The notes under the pieces were generated by a model. That model was not told the DNA's origin, did not search any database, and saw nothing but the letters and a program-made list of their open reading frames with translations. Made by a program: the position numbers and the translations under genes. A DNA stretch of 64,000 bases from Candidatus Tayloriibacteriota bacterium. Its GTDB lineage: Bacteria; Patescibacteriota; Minisyncoccia; Phycocordibacterales; PALSA-1337. The DNA lies in assembly GCA_052034805.1 (NCBI GenBank), contig JBPOID010000007.1, forward strand, positions 26,495 to 90,494. Direction: 5' to 3'. Below, in pieces: positions 47,518 to 56,364 of the stretch (position 1 is the stretch's first letter; each line of letters opens with the position of its first letter).

Positions 47518-48864
47518 TTATTTTTCGCTAAAGGTCTCTATTTTCGCACCTAATTTATTTAATCTTTCTGCCAAATCTTCATAACCTCTATTTATATTAT
47601 ATACACCGCGAAGTATCGATACACCTGGGCAGGCAAGCATAGCTATCATTATAATAACTGAAGGTCTAAGTGCTGGTGGACATACTATATCATTCGCGCG
47701 AAACTTGGTCGGACCCGTGATATAGAATCTGAACGGATCGGCTAGTATTGTATCTGCTCCTAATTTATCTAATTCTTTATAATAAATTGCTCTTTCTTCA
47801 TAAACCCAATCATGGATAAATGTCTGTCCTTCTGCTACTGCACCTATAACTGCAAAGAAGGGTAGATTATCCATATTTATTCCTGGATATGGTTGAGCAT
47901 GTATTTTCTCTTCTAATGCTTTTAGATTTCCTGAATGAGTCTTTATATCTACTAGATTTGTTTCTCCGTTCAATGCTTTATATCTTTTAAGTATTTCATA
48001 TTGAAATCCCATTTTCTCTAATTTTAGAAGTTCAAGTTCTAGGAAATCTATAGGGCAACGTTTAACTGTTATAGATGAATTAGTAACTATAGCTACAGTT
48101 AGAAGCGACATGGCTTCTATAGGATCTTCACTTAATTCGTATTCTATATCTTTATTTATTTCTTTTTTGCCATAAATAGTTAGAGTTGATGTACCTATTC
48201 CTTCTATTTCTACACCTAATGATTGTAGATAAAAGCATACATCTTGTACTTGATAATTAGCAGAAGCAAATTTTATAACAGTTTTTCCTTCTATTCCTGC
48301 CGAAGCCATAATAGTTGTTTCTGTTACAGTATCTCCTGCTTCATAAAGTATTATTTGAGAAGCATTCAATCCTTTATTTGTTATTTTATAATAATCACTT
48401 TTTGTTTCTATTTTTATTCCTAATTTTTCTAATGAATAGAAATAGGGCTTTACTGTTCTTGAACCTAGTTTGCAACCACCGGCTTGGGGTATTTGGAAAT
48501 TATTGAATTTATGTATAAGAGAACCTATTATCATTATTGCACTTCTGGTACGAGATGCATTTTCTTTATCTATTTTTTCTATTTCTATTTTCTTTGGAGG
48601 AATAATAATCAAATCACTATTCTTTCCATTCTTTTTCCATTCTATTTTTACACCTATACTTTCTAATACTTCGGCTATTCTATACACCTCTTCTATTTTT
48701 GGTGCATTTTTTATAATTGTTTTGCCTTTATTGAGTAGAGAAGCACACATTACACCCACTGCACCATTCTTTGAGGTTCTAACTGTTATTTCGCCAGAAA
48801 GCTTCTTTCCACCTTCTATACGGAAATTCAGTGTATTCTTGTCATTTTTCATTTCTTTTTTCAT
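47518..48864 (-). CDS. murA: UDP-N-acetylglucosamine 1-carboxyvinyltransferase
   Basis: EPSP-synthase-fold N-terminus IEGGKKLSGEITVRTSKNGAVGVM and active-site loop AGGCKLGSRTV. Confidence 0.85.
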   Translation of the reverse strand: MKKEMKNDKNTLNFRIEGGKKLSGEITVRTSKNGAVGVMCASLLNKGKTIIKNAPKIEEVYRIAEVLESIGVKIEWKKNGKNSDLIIIPPKKIEIEKIDKENASRTRSAIMIIGSLIHKFNNFQIPQAGGCKLGSRTVKPYFYSLEKLGIKIETKSDYYKITNKGLNASQIILYEAGDTVTETTIMASAGIEGKTVIKFASANYQVQDVCFYLQSLGVEIEGIGTSTLTIYGKKEINKDIEYELSEDPIEAMSLLTVAIVTNSSITVKRCPIDFLELELLKLEKMGFQYEILKRYKALNGETNLVDIKTHSGNLKALEEKIHAQPYPGINMDNLPFFAVIGAVAEGQTFIHDWVYEERAIYYKELDKLGADTILADPFRFYITGPTKFRANDIVCPPALRPSVIIMIAMLACPGVSILRGVYNINRGYEDLAERLNKLGAKIETFSEK

Positions 48865-48965
48865 TTTTAGGGATTTTGGGATTTTATTTATGATTTTCTA
48901 TAAGTTATTTATATCACAAAAAGCTTCCGAAATATAGGAAATTGCAAAATACATAAAATAAGAAT

Positions 48966-49994
48966 ATGATTCAATTATATATGTCATTATTCAGTCAAAA
49001 AATAGGTATAGATCTCGGTACTGCAAATACTTTAGTCTTTGTACCTAATAAAGGTATTGTATTGAATGAACCTTCTGTTGTTGCTGTTTCACTACAAGAC
49101 AAAAGAATTCTCGCAGTAGGAAATGAGGCAAAAGAAATGATAGGACGTACTCCTGATAGTATCATTGCATATAGACCTATGAGAGATGGGGTTATCGCTG
49201 ATTATAGAGTTACTGAAGCGATGCTTAGATATTTCATAGATAAAGCTTTGCCAAAATGGAATATTTTCAAACCTGAAGTTATGGTATCTGTACCTGCAGG
49301 TATTACTTCTACTGAACGTCGTGCTGTTATAGAAGCAACGATAAAGGCCGGTGCAAAGAATGCTTATGTTGTGAAAGAACCGATACTTGCTGCTATTGGT
49401 GCTGGTATCCCTATACATGAGGCGCGTGGACATATGGTGGTAGATATAGGCGGAGGCACAACAGATGTTGCTGTGATTTCTCTCGGGGGAATAGTTGCTT
49501 GTAATTCTGTAAAATGTGCAGGCAATAGAATAGATTCTGCAATAGCAGAATATATAAAGAAAACTTTTAATCTAGCTATAGGTGACAAAACTGCAGAAGA
49601 TATAAAGATAAATATAGGTTCGGCTATACCACTTGAACAAGAATTATCAATGATGGTTAAGGGACGTGATTTCATAACTGGATTACCTCGTTCTACAGAG
49701 TTAAAGACAAATGAAGTTGTCAAAGCTATAAATAAAGATTTACATAATATGATAAAAGCTATAAAGGATGTATTACAGGAAACACCACCAGAATTAGCTT
49801 CTGATATTATAGATTATGGAATAATAATGACAGGCGGTAGTTCAATGTTGAGAAATTTCCCAGAATTAGTATTCCGTAGAACAGGTGTAAAGGCTAAACT
49901 TGCAGATGAAGCATTATTCTGTGTTGTGAAGGGAACGGGTATAGCATTGGATCATCTAGATACATATAAGAAAAGTATTTTAGCTAAAAGATAA
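48966..49994 (+). CDS. Rod-shape protein MreB-like actin homolog (copy 1)
   Basis: IGIDLGTANTLVFV, DIGGGTTDVAVIS, and 340 aa. Confidence 0.8.
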   Translation: MIQLYMSLFSQKIGIDLGTANTLVFVPNKGIVLNEPSVVAVSLQDKRILAVGNEAKEMIGRTPDSIIAYRPMRDGVIADYRVTEAMLRYFIDKALPKWNIFKPEVMVSVPAGITSTERRAVIEATIKAGAKNAYVVKEPILAAIGAGIPIHEARGHMVVDIGGGTTDVAVISLGGIVACNSVKCAGNRIDSAIAEYIKKTFNLAIGDKTAEDIKINIGSAIPLEQELSMMVKGRDFITGLPRSTELKTNEVVKAINKDLHNMIKAIKDVLQETPPELASDIIDYGIIMTGGSSMLRNFPELVFRRTGVKAKLADEALFCVVKGTGIALDHLDTYKKSILAKR

Positions 49995-50662
49995 TGTTTA
50001 AAGAGTTAAAATCTCTAAATCATCATGCGTATTTTATACATAGTTTCAAAGACTCTTCTTTGCATTTAAAGAGTTTTCTAAAAGATAAATTTAATATTAA
50101 AGAAAATAAAAACCCAGACTTTTTCCATGAAGTCTTCGAAATCATGGGTATAGATAATAGTAGAAAGATAAAAGAGAATCATTTATCCAAAAGTTTTATT
50201 AAAGATGGTAAGAAAATATTTATTATAGAATGTTCTGGTATAACACATGAAGCCCAGAATTCACTTTTGAAAATATTCGAAGAACCAAATGAGAATAGTC
50301 ATTTTTTCCTCATTATGCCTTCTCCAAATGTATTATTGCCAACACTTTTGTCTAGAATATTTATTCTAAAGAAAGATAAAGAAGATAATAAAGAGTCTAT
50401 GATACAAGCTTTGAAATTTCTCGAATTATCAAAGACAAAGAAAATAGATTTCGTAGATGAAATGGCAAAAGATATAAGTGATGAGAAAATTACAAAGAAA
50501 GATATACAGGAATTTCTTAATTCTCTAGAATCGATTCTATACGAAAATGGAATAGAAGAGAATAAAAGTATTTTAAAATCTATTATCAAAGCTAGAGACT
50601 ATATGAACGATAGATCACCTTCTATAAAACAATTATTAGAATATATAGCCTTGAATATTTAA
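49994..50662 (+). CDS. DNA polymerase III delta'/delta-like clamp-loader subunit lacking a P-loop
   Basis: SLLKIFEEPNENSHFFLIMPSPNVLLPTLLSRIFIL matches the sensor region (ALLKtLEEPp...TI.SRC) of HolB-like proteins. The N-terminus has HHAYFI but no GxxGxGK. Confidence 0.45.
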   Translation: MFKELKSLNHHAYFIHSFKDSSLHLKSFLKDKFNIKENKNPDFFHEVFEIMGIDNSRKIKENHLSKSFIKDGKKIFIIECSGITHEAQNSLLKIFEEPNENSHFFLIMPSPNVLLPTLLSRIFILKKDKEDNKESMIQALKFLELSKTKKIDFVDEMAKDISDEKITKKDIQEFLNSLESILYENGIEENKSILKSIIKARDYMNDRSPSIKQLLEYIALNI

Positions 50663-50719
50663 TATTTTTATAATTGTGGATAAATATTTGCTATACACTT
50701 GCATTTTAAAATAATAGGA

Positions 50720-51230
50720 GTATTATCTTACATTGGAACTTGTGCAGATGTTAGTTTGTTTGGTGTTTGGGTTAAGTTCAAAAGCTGACTTCGTGCATGA
50801 GTGAGTGAAAAGGTAGAACTCCGCAACAAGAAAGGGCCCCGTCCCTATGAATGCGTTTAGTTATTCATCTAACCGCCCGATGCGCCTCGATGGGAGATCC
50901 AACGATCTCTCTCCGCCTTAGTTGCCGCAGTGTGGTGTCGGTGTTGGGTTACGTTCTACTGGTTAGGAGAAACATTCTTTTAATATAGCACCTTCATGGT
51001 GTAAGAGGGAATGTAATTTTCTTCCATATCCTCTTCAATAGTCTTTAAAACCTGCTCTGGTTGTGTAAGCGTTGGCAGATCGTCATATAACCTATATAGG
51101 TAGCGTCCACATACGCCTGAAAAGGATGATATGAGTGGCGCAAAGACTAGATGTGTGGAGAAAACTCCTATTAGCACCCGTTAGACCTCCGTGTTTCTAC
51201 ATCGGATAAGTCTCGGGTGCTTTTTCTTTA
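50720..51230. ncRNA. Unassigned GC-rich structured-RNA candidate (about 500 nt, 47 % GC, no ORF)
   Basis: Sharp GC rise. Local hairpins include gagatc-caac-gatctc, atgaat/attcat, and a terminal agcacccg...cgggtgct + ttttcttt. Short, weak resemblances to RNase P conserved regions (CUAGAUG; GAAAG..CC..UCC) are insufficient to assign a family. Confidence 0.3.
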
Positions 51231-51255
51231 CATTTTTTTATTTAGACTTTTATTA

Positions 51256-51264
51256 TGTTATAAT
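51256..51264 (+). promoter_or_regulatory. Extended -10 element (TGtTATAAT) immediately upstream of the frr start codon
   Basis: tgttataat at 51256..51264, with ATG at 51271. This implies a very short or absent 5' leader if used. Confidence 0.3.
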
Positions 51265-51270
51265 CTGTAT

Positions 51271-51822
51271 ATGTCATACGATTTCAATAAATTCAAAAAA
51301 TCATTATTAGGCGTGGAAGAATGGATTAAGAAAGAATTCTCAGGTATTAGAACATCTCAGGCTAGTCCAGCGATATTAGATGGTGTAAAGATAGAATCCT
51401 ATGGTGTACTTTCTCCTTTATCCCAATTAGCTTCGGTGATAACTGAGGGTCCTAGAACGCTTCGTATTACTCCTTGGGATAATGCCCAGTCAAAAGAAAT
51501 AGAAAAAGCTATAACAGTAGCCAATCTAGGTGTTTCTGTATCTGTAGATGATAAGGGTCTTAGAGTCAATTTCCCAGAATTAACAGCAGAAAGAAGAGTA
51601 CAGATAGTGAAAATTGCAAAAGATAAATTAGAAGAAGGTAAAAAACAAATACGCACACATCGTGATGAAATAATGAAAGATTTGCAGAATAAAGAAAAAT
51701 CAGGAGATCTAGGTAAGGATGAAGTATTCCGTCACAAAAATGAAGCCCAAAAGATAGTAGATGATGCAAATAAGAAATTAGAAGAACTTTATTCAAAGAA
51801 AGAAAAGGAAATAATGTCATGA
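51271..51822 (+). CDS. frr: Ribosome recycling factor
   Basis: From the internal Met (MSYDFNKFKK) the protein is 183 aa and matches the RRF pattern (GIRTSQASPAILDGVKIESYG...TPWD...AERR). The longer ORF from 51217 adds a hydrophobic extension, which is rejected. Confidence 0.85.
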   Translation: MSYDFNKFKKSLLGVEEWIKKEFSGIRTSQASPAILDGVKIESYGVLSPLSQLASVITEGPRTLRITPWDNAQSKEIEKAITVANLGVSVSVDDKGLRVNFPELTAERRVQIVKIAKDKLEEGKKQIRTHRDEIMKDLQNKEKSGDLGKDEVFRHKNEAQKIVDDANKKLEELYSKKEKEIMS

Positions 51823-52895
51823 CAGTTATTGTTTTTATAATCGTTCTTGCTGTACTTATTTTCGTGCATGAATTGGGGCATTTTCTCTTTGCTAGATGGA
51901 ATGGAATAAGAGTTGATGAATTTGCATTAGGTTTTGGCCCGAAACTTTTCTCAAAGAAAATAGGTGAAACTTCTTATGCTTTGAATCTAATACCTTTCGG
52001 TGGTTATGTGAAAATATTCGGAGAAAATCCAGACGATGATTCTATATCTGGTCCTGATAGTAATAGAAGTTTTGTAAATAAAGCAAAATGGAGACAGATT
52101 TCTGTGCTTTTTGCTGGAGTACTTTTCAACTTTATTTTTGCTTGGATAATAATATCAATTTCTTTTTTATTTGGAGTATTAGCTTCTGTCGATAGTTATC
52201 CAGAATACAAAAATAATATGAGTGATTCTCATATAATAGTGAATTTCATAAGTCCTGGATCACCAGCAGAAGATGCTGGTATAAAGGCAGGAGATGAACT
52301 CATCGCTTCATCCATAGAAGAGATTCAGAAAAATATAAATGAAAGTCAGGATAAGGGTTTTCTTATAAAATACAAAAGAGATGGAGTTGTAAAGGAACAA
52401 ACTATAATAGCAGAAAAGGGTATAGTCGAAGGAAAATATGCAATAGGTATAGCTATGGATAATGCTGGTATTTTGAAATTACCATTACATTTGGCTTTAT
52501 ATGAAGGTGGTAGACTCACCATTCATCTAATGAAAAAAACTGCATTAGGATTTTATGAACTGTTGTCAGGAATATTCCATGGATCATCAAAGATATTATC
52601 TTCTGTTGCTGGTCCTGTAGGTATAGCGGGACTTGTAGGAAATGCTACAAAATTAGGATTTACCTATCTATTAATGTTCACCGCTATGATATCTATTAAC
52701 CTAGGTATATTGAATCTAATACCTTTTCCAGCTTTAGATGGAGGTAGAATATTCTTTGTTATTATAGAAGCTATAATCAGAAGACCTATAAAACCTGTTA
52801 TAGCAAATACAATAAATACTATTGGTTTTGGATTATTACTTTTACTTATGGTTATAGTAACCTATAAAGACATAGTTAAATTATTTGTTAAATGA
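51819..52895 (+). CDS. rseP: RIP metalloprotease RseP (site-2 protease, M50)
   Basis: HELGHFLFA, a PDZ domain, and NLIPFPALDGG. Confidence 0.85.
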   Translation: MTVIVFIIVLAVLIFVHELGHFLFARWNGIRVDEFALGFGPKLFSKKIGETSYALNLIPFGGYVKIFGENPDDDSISGPDSNRSFVNKAKWRQISVLFAGVLFNFIFAWIIISISFLFGVLASVDSYPEYKNNMSDSHIIVNFISPGSPAEDAGIKAGDELIASSIEEIQKNINESQDKGFLIKYKRDGVVKEQTIIAEKGIVEGKYAIGIAMDNAGILKLPLHLALYEGGRLTIHLMKKTALGFYELLSGIFHGSSKILSSVAGPVGIAGLVGNATKLGFTYLLMFTAMISINLGILNLIPFPALDGGRIFFVIIEAIIRRPIKPVIANTINTIGFGLLLLLMVIVTYKDIVKLFVK

Positions 52896-52901
52896 TAATC
52901 T

Positions 52902-54167
52902 TTGGGCTATTATAATGATATGAAACAATCATTACTTTTTACAAAGACAAGGAAAGATTCTCCTAAAGACGAAGTTTCAAAGAATGCAGATCTACTCATA
53001 CGTGCTGGATTTATACATAAAGAAATGGCCGGAGTATATTCCTATTTGCCATTAGGATTGCGAGTTTTGAATAAAATAATTTCTATAATAAGAGAAGAAA
53101 TGAATGCTATAGGAGGTGTAGAATTATTCTTATCTTCTCTACAAGATAAAAAGACATGGGAAACAAGTGCTAGATGGGATGATAAAGCTGTAGATATTTG
53201 GTTTAAAACAAAATTAAAAAATGATACAGAATTAGGTCTAGCTTTTACCCATGAAGAGCCATTAACCAAGATTATGAAGGATCATATAAGATCTTTTCGT
53301 GATTTGCCTGTATATGTATATCAATTCCAAACAAAGTTTAGAAATGAAATACGCGCGAAAAGTGGCATAATGCGTGGTAGGGAATTCCTTATGAAAGATT
53401 TGTATTCTTTCTCCAAAGATGAAAGATCTCATGAAGCTTTCTATGAAAAAGCAAAACAAGCATATATAAATATATTTAATAAAATAGGTATAGGAGATAA
53501 AACTTTTCTAACATTTGCATCGGGTGGTTCCTTTTCAAAATATTCACATGAATTCCAGACTCTTACAGATGCTGGTGAAGACTCAATATTTGTAGATGAG
53601 AAAAAGAAAATAGCTATAAATAAAGAAGTATTGAATGATGAAGTATTGAATGATCTAGGATTAAATAAAAATGATTTGATAGAGAAAAAAGCCGTAGAAG
53701 TTGGAAATATATTTTCTTTAGGTATTAGATTTTCAGAAGCATTCGAATTGAATTATAAAGATGAAAATGGCACAGAAATACCTGTTGTTATGGGTAGTTA
53801 TGGTATAGGTCCAGGTAGAGTTATGGGAACTGTTGTCGAAGTTCTATCTGATGAAAAAGGTTTGATATGGCCTTCTTCTATTGCACCATTTCATATACAT
53901 TTAATATCAATAGAAGATAAATCAGGAAAGGTTAAATCTGAAGCAGATAAACTCTATGATAGATTATTGGAAAAAGGTATAGAAGTTCTATACGATGATA
54001 GAGATATGAGAGCGGGTGAGAAGTTTGCTCAAAGTGAGCTTATCGGAATACCAAAGAGAGTTGTAATAAGTGAAAAGACTTTAGAATCTGATTCTATAGA
54101 AATAAAAGAAAGAAATAGTGAGAAAACAGAAATCATTAGTATAAATAATTTTCTAGAAAATTTATAA
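52902..54167 (+). CDS. proS: Proline--tRNA ligase (short form without INS editing domain)
   Basis: Class II motif 2 FRNEIRAKSGIMRGREFLMKDLYSF plus a C-terminal anticodon-binding domain. 421 aa. Confidence 0.7.
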   Translation: MGYYNDMKQSLLFTKTRKDSPKDEVSKNADLLIRAGFIHKEMAGVYSYLPLGLRVLNKIISIIREEMNAIGGVELFLSSLQDKKTWETSARWDDKAVDIWFKTKLKNDTELGLAFTHEEPLTKIMKDHIRSFRDLPVYVYQFQTKFRNEIRAKSGIMRGREFLMKDLYSFSKDERSHEAFYEKAKQAYINIFNKIGIGDKTFLTFASGGSFSKYSHEFQTLTDAGEDSIFVDEKKKIAINKEVLNDEVLNDLGLNKNDLIEKKAVEVGNIFSLGIRFSEAFELNYKDENGTEIPVVMGSYGIGPGRVMGTVVEVLSDEKGLIWPSSIAPFHIHLISIEDKSGKVKSEADKLYDRLLEKGIEVLYDDRDMRAGEKFAQSELIGIPKRVVISEKTLESDSIEIKERNSEKTEIISINNFLENL

Positions 54168-54207
54168 AATAATAAATTACTTTTGCAAATAGTATTTTTA
54201 TAGCAAT

Positions 54208-55305
54208 ATGGTAATGTATGGCTATAATATGCCAAATACTAATTCCTTTAAAAAATTCAAAGAAAAGATATATGGAATGCTTTCCAATGATATCGGTATA
54301 GATCTAGGTACTGCAAATACTCTAGTTTATTTGCGTGGCAAGGGAATAGTTGTGAATGAACCTTCAGTTGTCGCACTTAATCAGAAAACGGGTAGAGTAG
54401 TCGCCGTAGGGGTAGAAGCAAAGAATATGTTAGGTCGTACACCAGCACATATAACTGCTGTAAGACCTCTTGTTGATGGGGTTATTTCTGACTTTGAGGT
54501 TACAGAAGAAATGATAGCTTATTTTATAAAGAAAGCTGAAGAATATTCCAAGAAAGTTCTAGGTCCAAGAGTTGTTGTCGGAGTTCCATCTGGAGTTACA
54601 AGTGTAGAAATAAGAGCTGTAAGAGATGCTACGAAAAACGCCGGAGCAAGAGAAGTCTATATAGTAGAAGAACCAATGGCTGGAGCTATAGGTATACGTC
54701 TCCCTATAGAAGAACCAATAGGTAATATGGTAATAGATATAGGTGGTGGAACTACAGATATAGCTATTATATCTATGTCTGGAATAGTTAGATCAAAGAA
54801 TTTGAAAATAGCAGGAGATAAACTCAATAATGACATAATGTCATATATAAGAAATGAATTCAAAATATTAGTTGGAGAAAAAACTGCTGAATATATAAAG
54901 ATAGCTGCGGGAGCTGTTATACCAGGTGAATCATTGGAAACAACTATACGTGGTAGAGATCTCATAACAGGTCTTCCTAGAGAAGTAGTGATTACAGATT
55001 CCGATGTGAGAGAAGCCATGGCAAGTTCAATAGAGAATCTAGTAGAATCTTCAAAAGAAGTTCTAGAAACTACACCACCAGAAATACTTTCAGATGTTAT
55101 GAGAAGAGGAATACATCTAGTGGGCGGAGGAGCTCTAATAAAAGGTTTGGATGAATTATTAAAAAAGACATTACAAATACCTGTTTATATTGCTGATGAT
55201 CCTATGTCTGCCATAGCGCGTGGCACAGGTATAATCCTAGAAGATTTGGAAAGATATAAAGATGTTCTAATAAAGAATGAAGATGAATTATATTCTCAAA
55301 AATAA
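54208..55305 (+). CDS. mreB: Rod-shape protein MreB (copy 2; start may be at 54277)
   Basis: FKKFKEKIYGMLSNDIGIDLGTANTLVYL parallels the E. coli MreB N-terminus. DIGGGTTDIAIIS. Followed by mreC/mreD-like/PBP2. Confidence 0.85.
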   Translation: MVMYGYNMPNTNSFKKFKEKIYGMLSNDIGIDLGTANTLVYLRGKGIVVNEPSVVALNQKTGRVVAVGVEAKNMLGRTPAHITAVRPLVDGVISDFEVTEEMIAYFIKKAEEYSKKVLGPRVVVGVPSGVTSVEIRAVRDATKNAGAREVYIVEEPMAGAIGIRLPIEEPIGNMVIDIGGGTTDIAIISMSGIVRSKNLKIAGDKLNNDIMSYIRNEFKILVGEKTAEYIKIAAGAVIPGESLETTIRGRDLITGLPREVVITDSDVREAMASSIENLVESSKEVLETTPPEILSDVMRRGIHLVGGGALIKGLDELLKKTLQIPVYIADDPMSAIARGTGIILEDLERYKDVLIKNEDELYSQK

Positions 55306-56080
55306 TGATCATAAAAAAAGAATTCTATCAAAACCAATAAAGGTAATTTTTTCTGTATTTATTATTGTATTAATAATTCATTTTTCATTGCCGAATAGTT
55401 TGTCATCATTTTTCACTATTATTGTTAGTCCATTCTGGAATATTGAGAAAAATGTAAAATATGGTGATTCATTTATATCTATACAAAATCTCATAAAAGA
55501 AAATGATAGTTTGAAAAAGAAAATAGAAGAAAATGAAAATAGATATACTTTTATAGAATCAATAAGAAAAGAAAATGAGGATTTGAAATATATTATGGGT
55601 AGAGATAGATCTAATAATTCTATTCTTGCTAGAATAATAAAGAAACCACCTTTTTCATCTTATGATGTATTTGTATTAGATATTGGTAATAAAAATAATA
55701 TAAAAGTAGGCGATAGAATATATGCTTTGGGTGATATATTGATAGGTGAAATAATAGAAACTAATCCCATAACTTCAAAAGCAAAACTATATTCTTCTTA
55801 TGGTGAGAAATTTAATATTTTTGTAGGCGATAATCATATAGAAACTGTGGCTCGAGGTATAGGTGGTGGAATATTCGAAGCGGAATTACCTAGAGATACG
55901 AAAATCACTATTGGAGATTCTGTATCTATACCTGATCTTACTAATTCTTTTTCTGGTAAGGTTTATGAAATAAATAGGGAAGCATCAGAACCTTTTTCTA
56001 AAATTTATATAAAACAAACTATAAATCTATATGAATTATCTTGGGTTTTAATAAAACCAATGAATAATACTAAAATATAA
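55277..56080 (+). CDS. mreC: Rod-shape protein MreC
   Basis: N-terminal TM, coiled coil (NLIKENDSLKKKIEENENRY), and C-terminal beta domains. Position after mreB. Confidence 0.6.
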   Translation: MKMNYILKNNDHKKRILSKPIKVIFSVFIIVLIIHFSLPNSLSSFFTIIVSPFWNIEKNVKYGDSFISIQNLIKENDSLKKKIEENENRYTFIESIRKENEDLKYIMGRDRSNNSILARIIKKPPFSSYDVFVLDIGNKNNIKVGDRIYALGDILIGEIIETNPITSKAKLYSSYGEKFNIFVGDNHIETVARGIGGGIFEAELPRDTKITIGDSVSIPDLTNSFSGKVYEINREASEPFSKIYIKQTINLYELSWVLIKPMNNTKI

Positions 56081-56364
56081 TGTTTAATTTTGATAATAAA
56101 AATATAAGAATATTGGCTAATGTTCTGGTATTTTTCTCTATAGTATGGGGATATTGGTGGATGACTTGGATTATATCTCTATCTTTTATTTTTATATTTC
56201 CGAAATATTATGAAATAATGTTTTGGTCTATTATGTATGACTCTATATATGGAGCATCGATTCAGATGTTCTATAATATTCCTTTTGTATTTACAATATT
56301 AAGTATTATACTTCTTATCGTATCTATAATTTTTCGTAAAAATCTATTAGCTTATGAGACGTAA
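56080..56364 (+). CDS. Small membrane protein in the MreD position (MreD-like)
   Basis: 94 aa, three hydrophobic segments, between mreC and PBP2. Confidence 0.3.
   Translation: MFNFDNKNIRILANVLVFFSIVWGYWWMTWIISLSFIFIFPKYYEIMFWSIMYDSIYGASIQMFYNIPFVFTILSIILLIVSIIFRKNLLAYET

Noticed and set aside
49364-49723. 119-aa minus-strand ORF (and its twin at 54657..55019)
   Set aside because: Both are antisense to the conserved GGGTTD regions of the two mreB genes. Their mutual similarity only mirrors the mreB paralogy.
50980-51177. 65-aa minus-strand ORF inside the GC-rich segment
   Set aside because: No RBS or start context. Internal ORFs of this size are expected by chance in GC-rich structured RNA. 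It is kept only as a remote alternative.
50720-51230. Calling the GC-rich segment RNase P RNA or tmRNA
   Set aside because: Only short, isolated matches to RNase P conserved regions (CUAGAUG, GAAAG..CC). The P4-forming partner strand (ACAGAAnCCGGCUUA) was not found. There is no tmRNA T-arm or tag-ORF and no SRP domain-IV motif. I left it as an unassigned ncRNA candidate.
51217-51270. Upstream start for frr giving MLFLYIFLFRLLLCYNLY extension
   Set aside because: RRF is about 185 aa and has no hydrophobic leader. The internal Met gives a canonical 183-aa protein.
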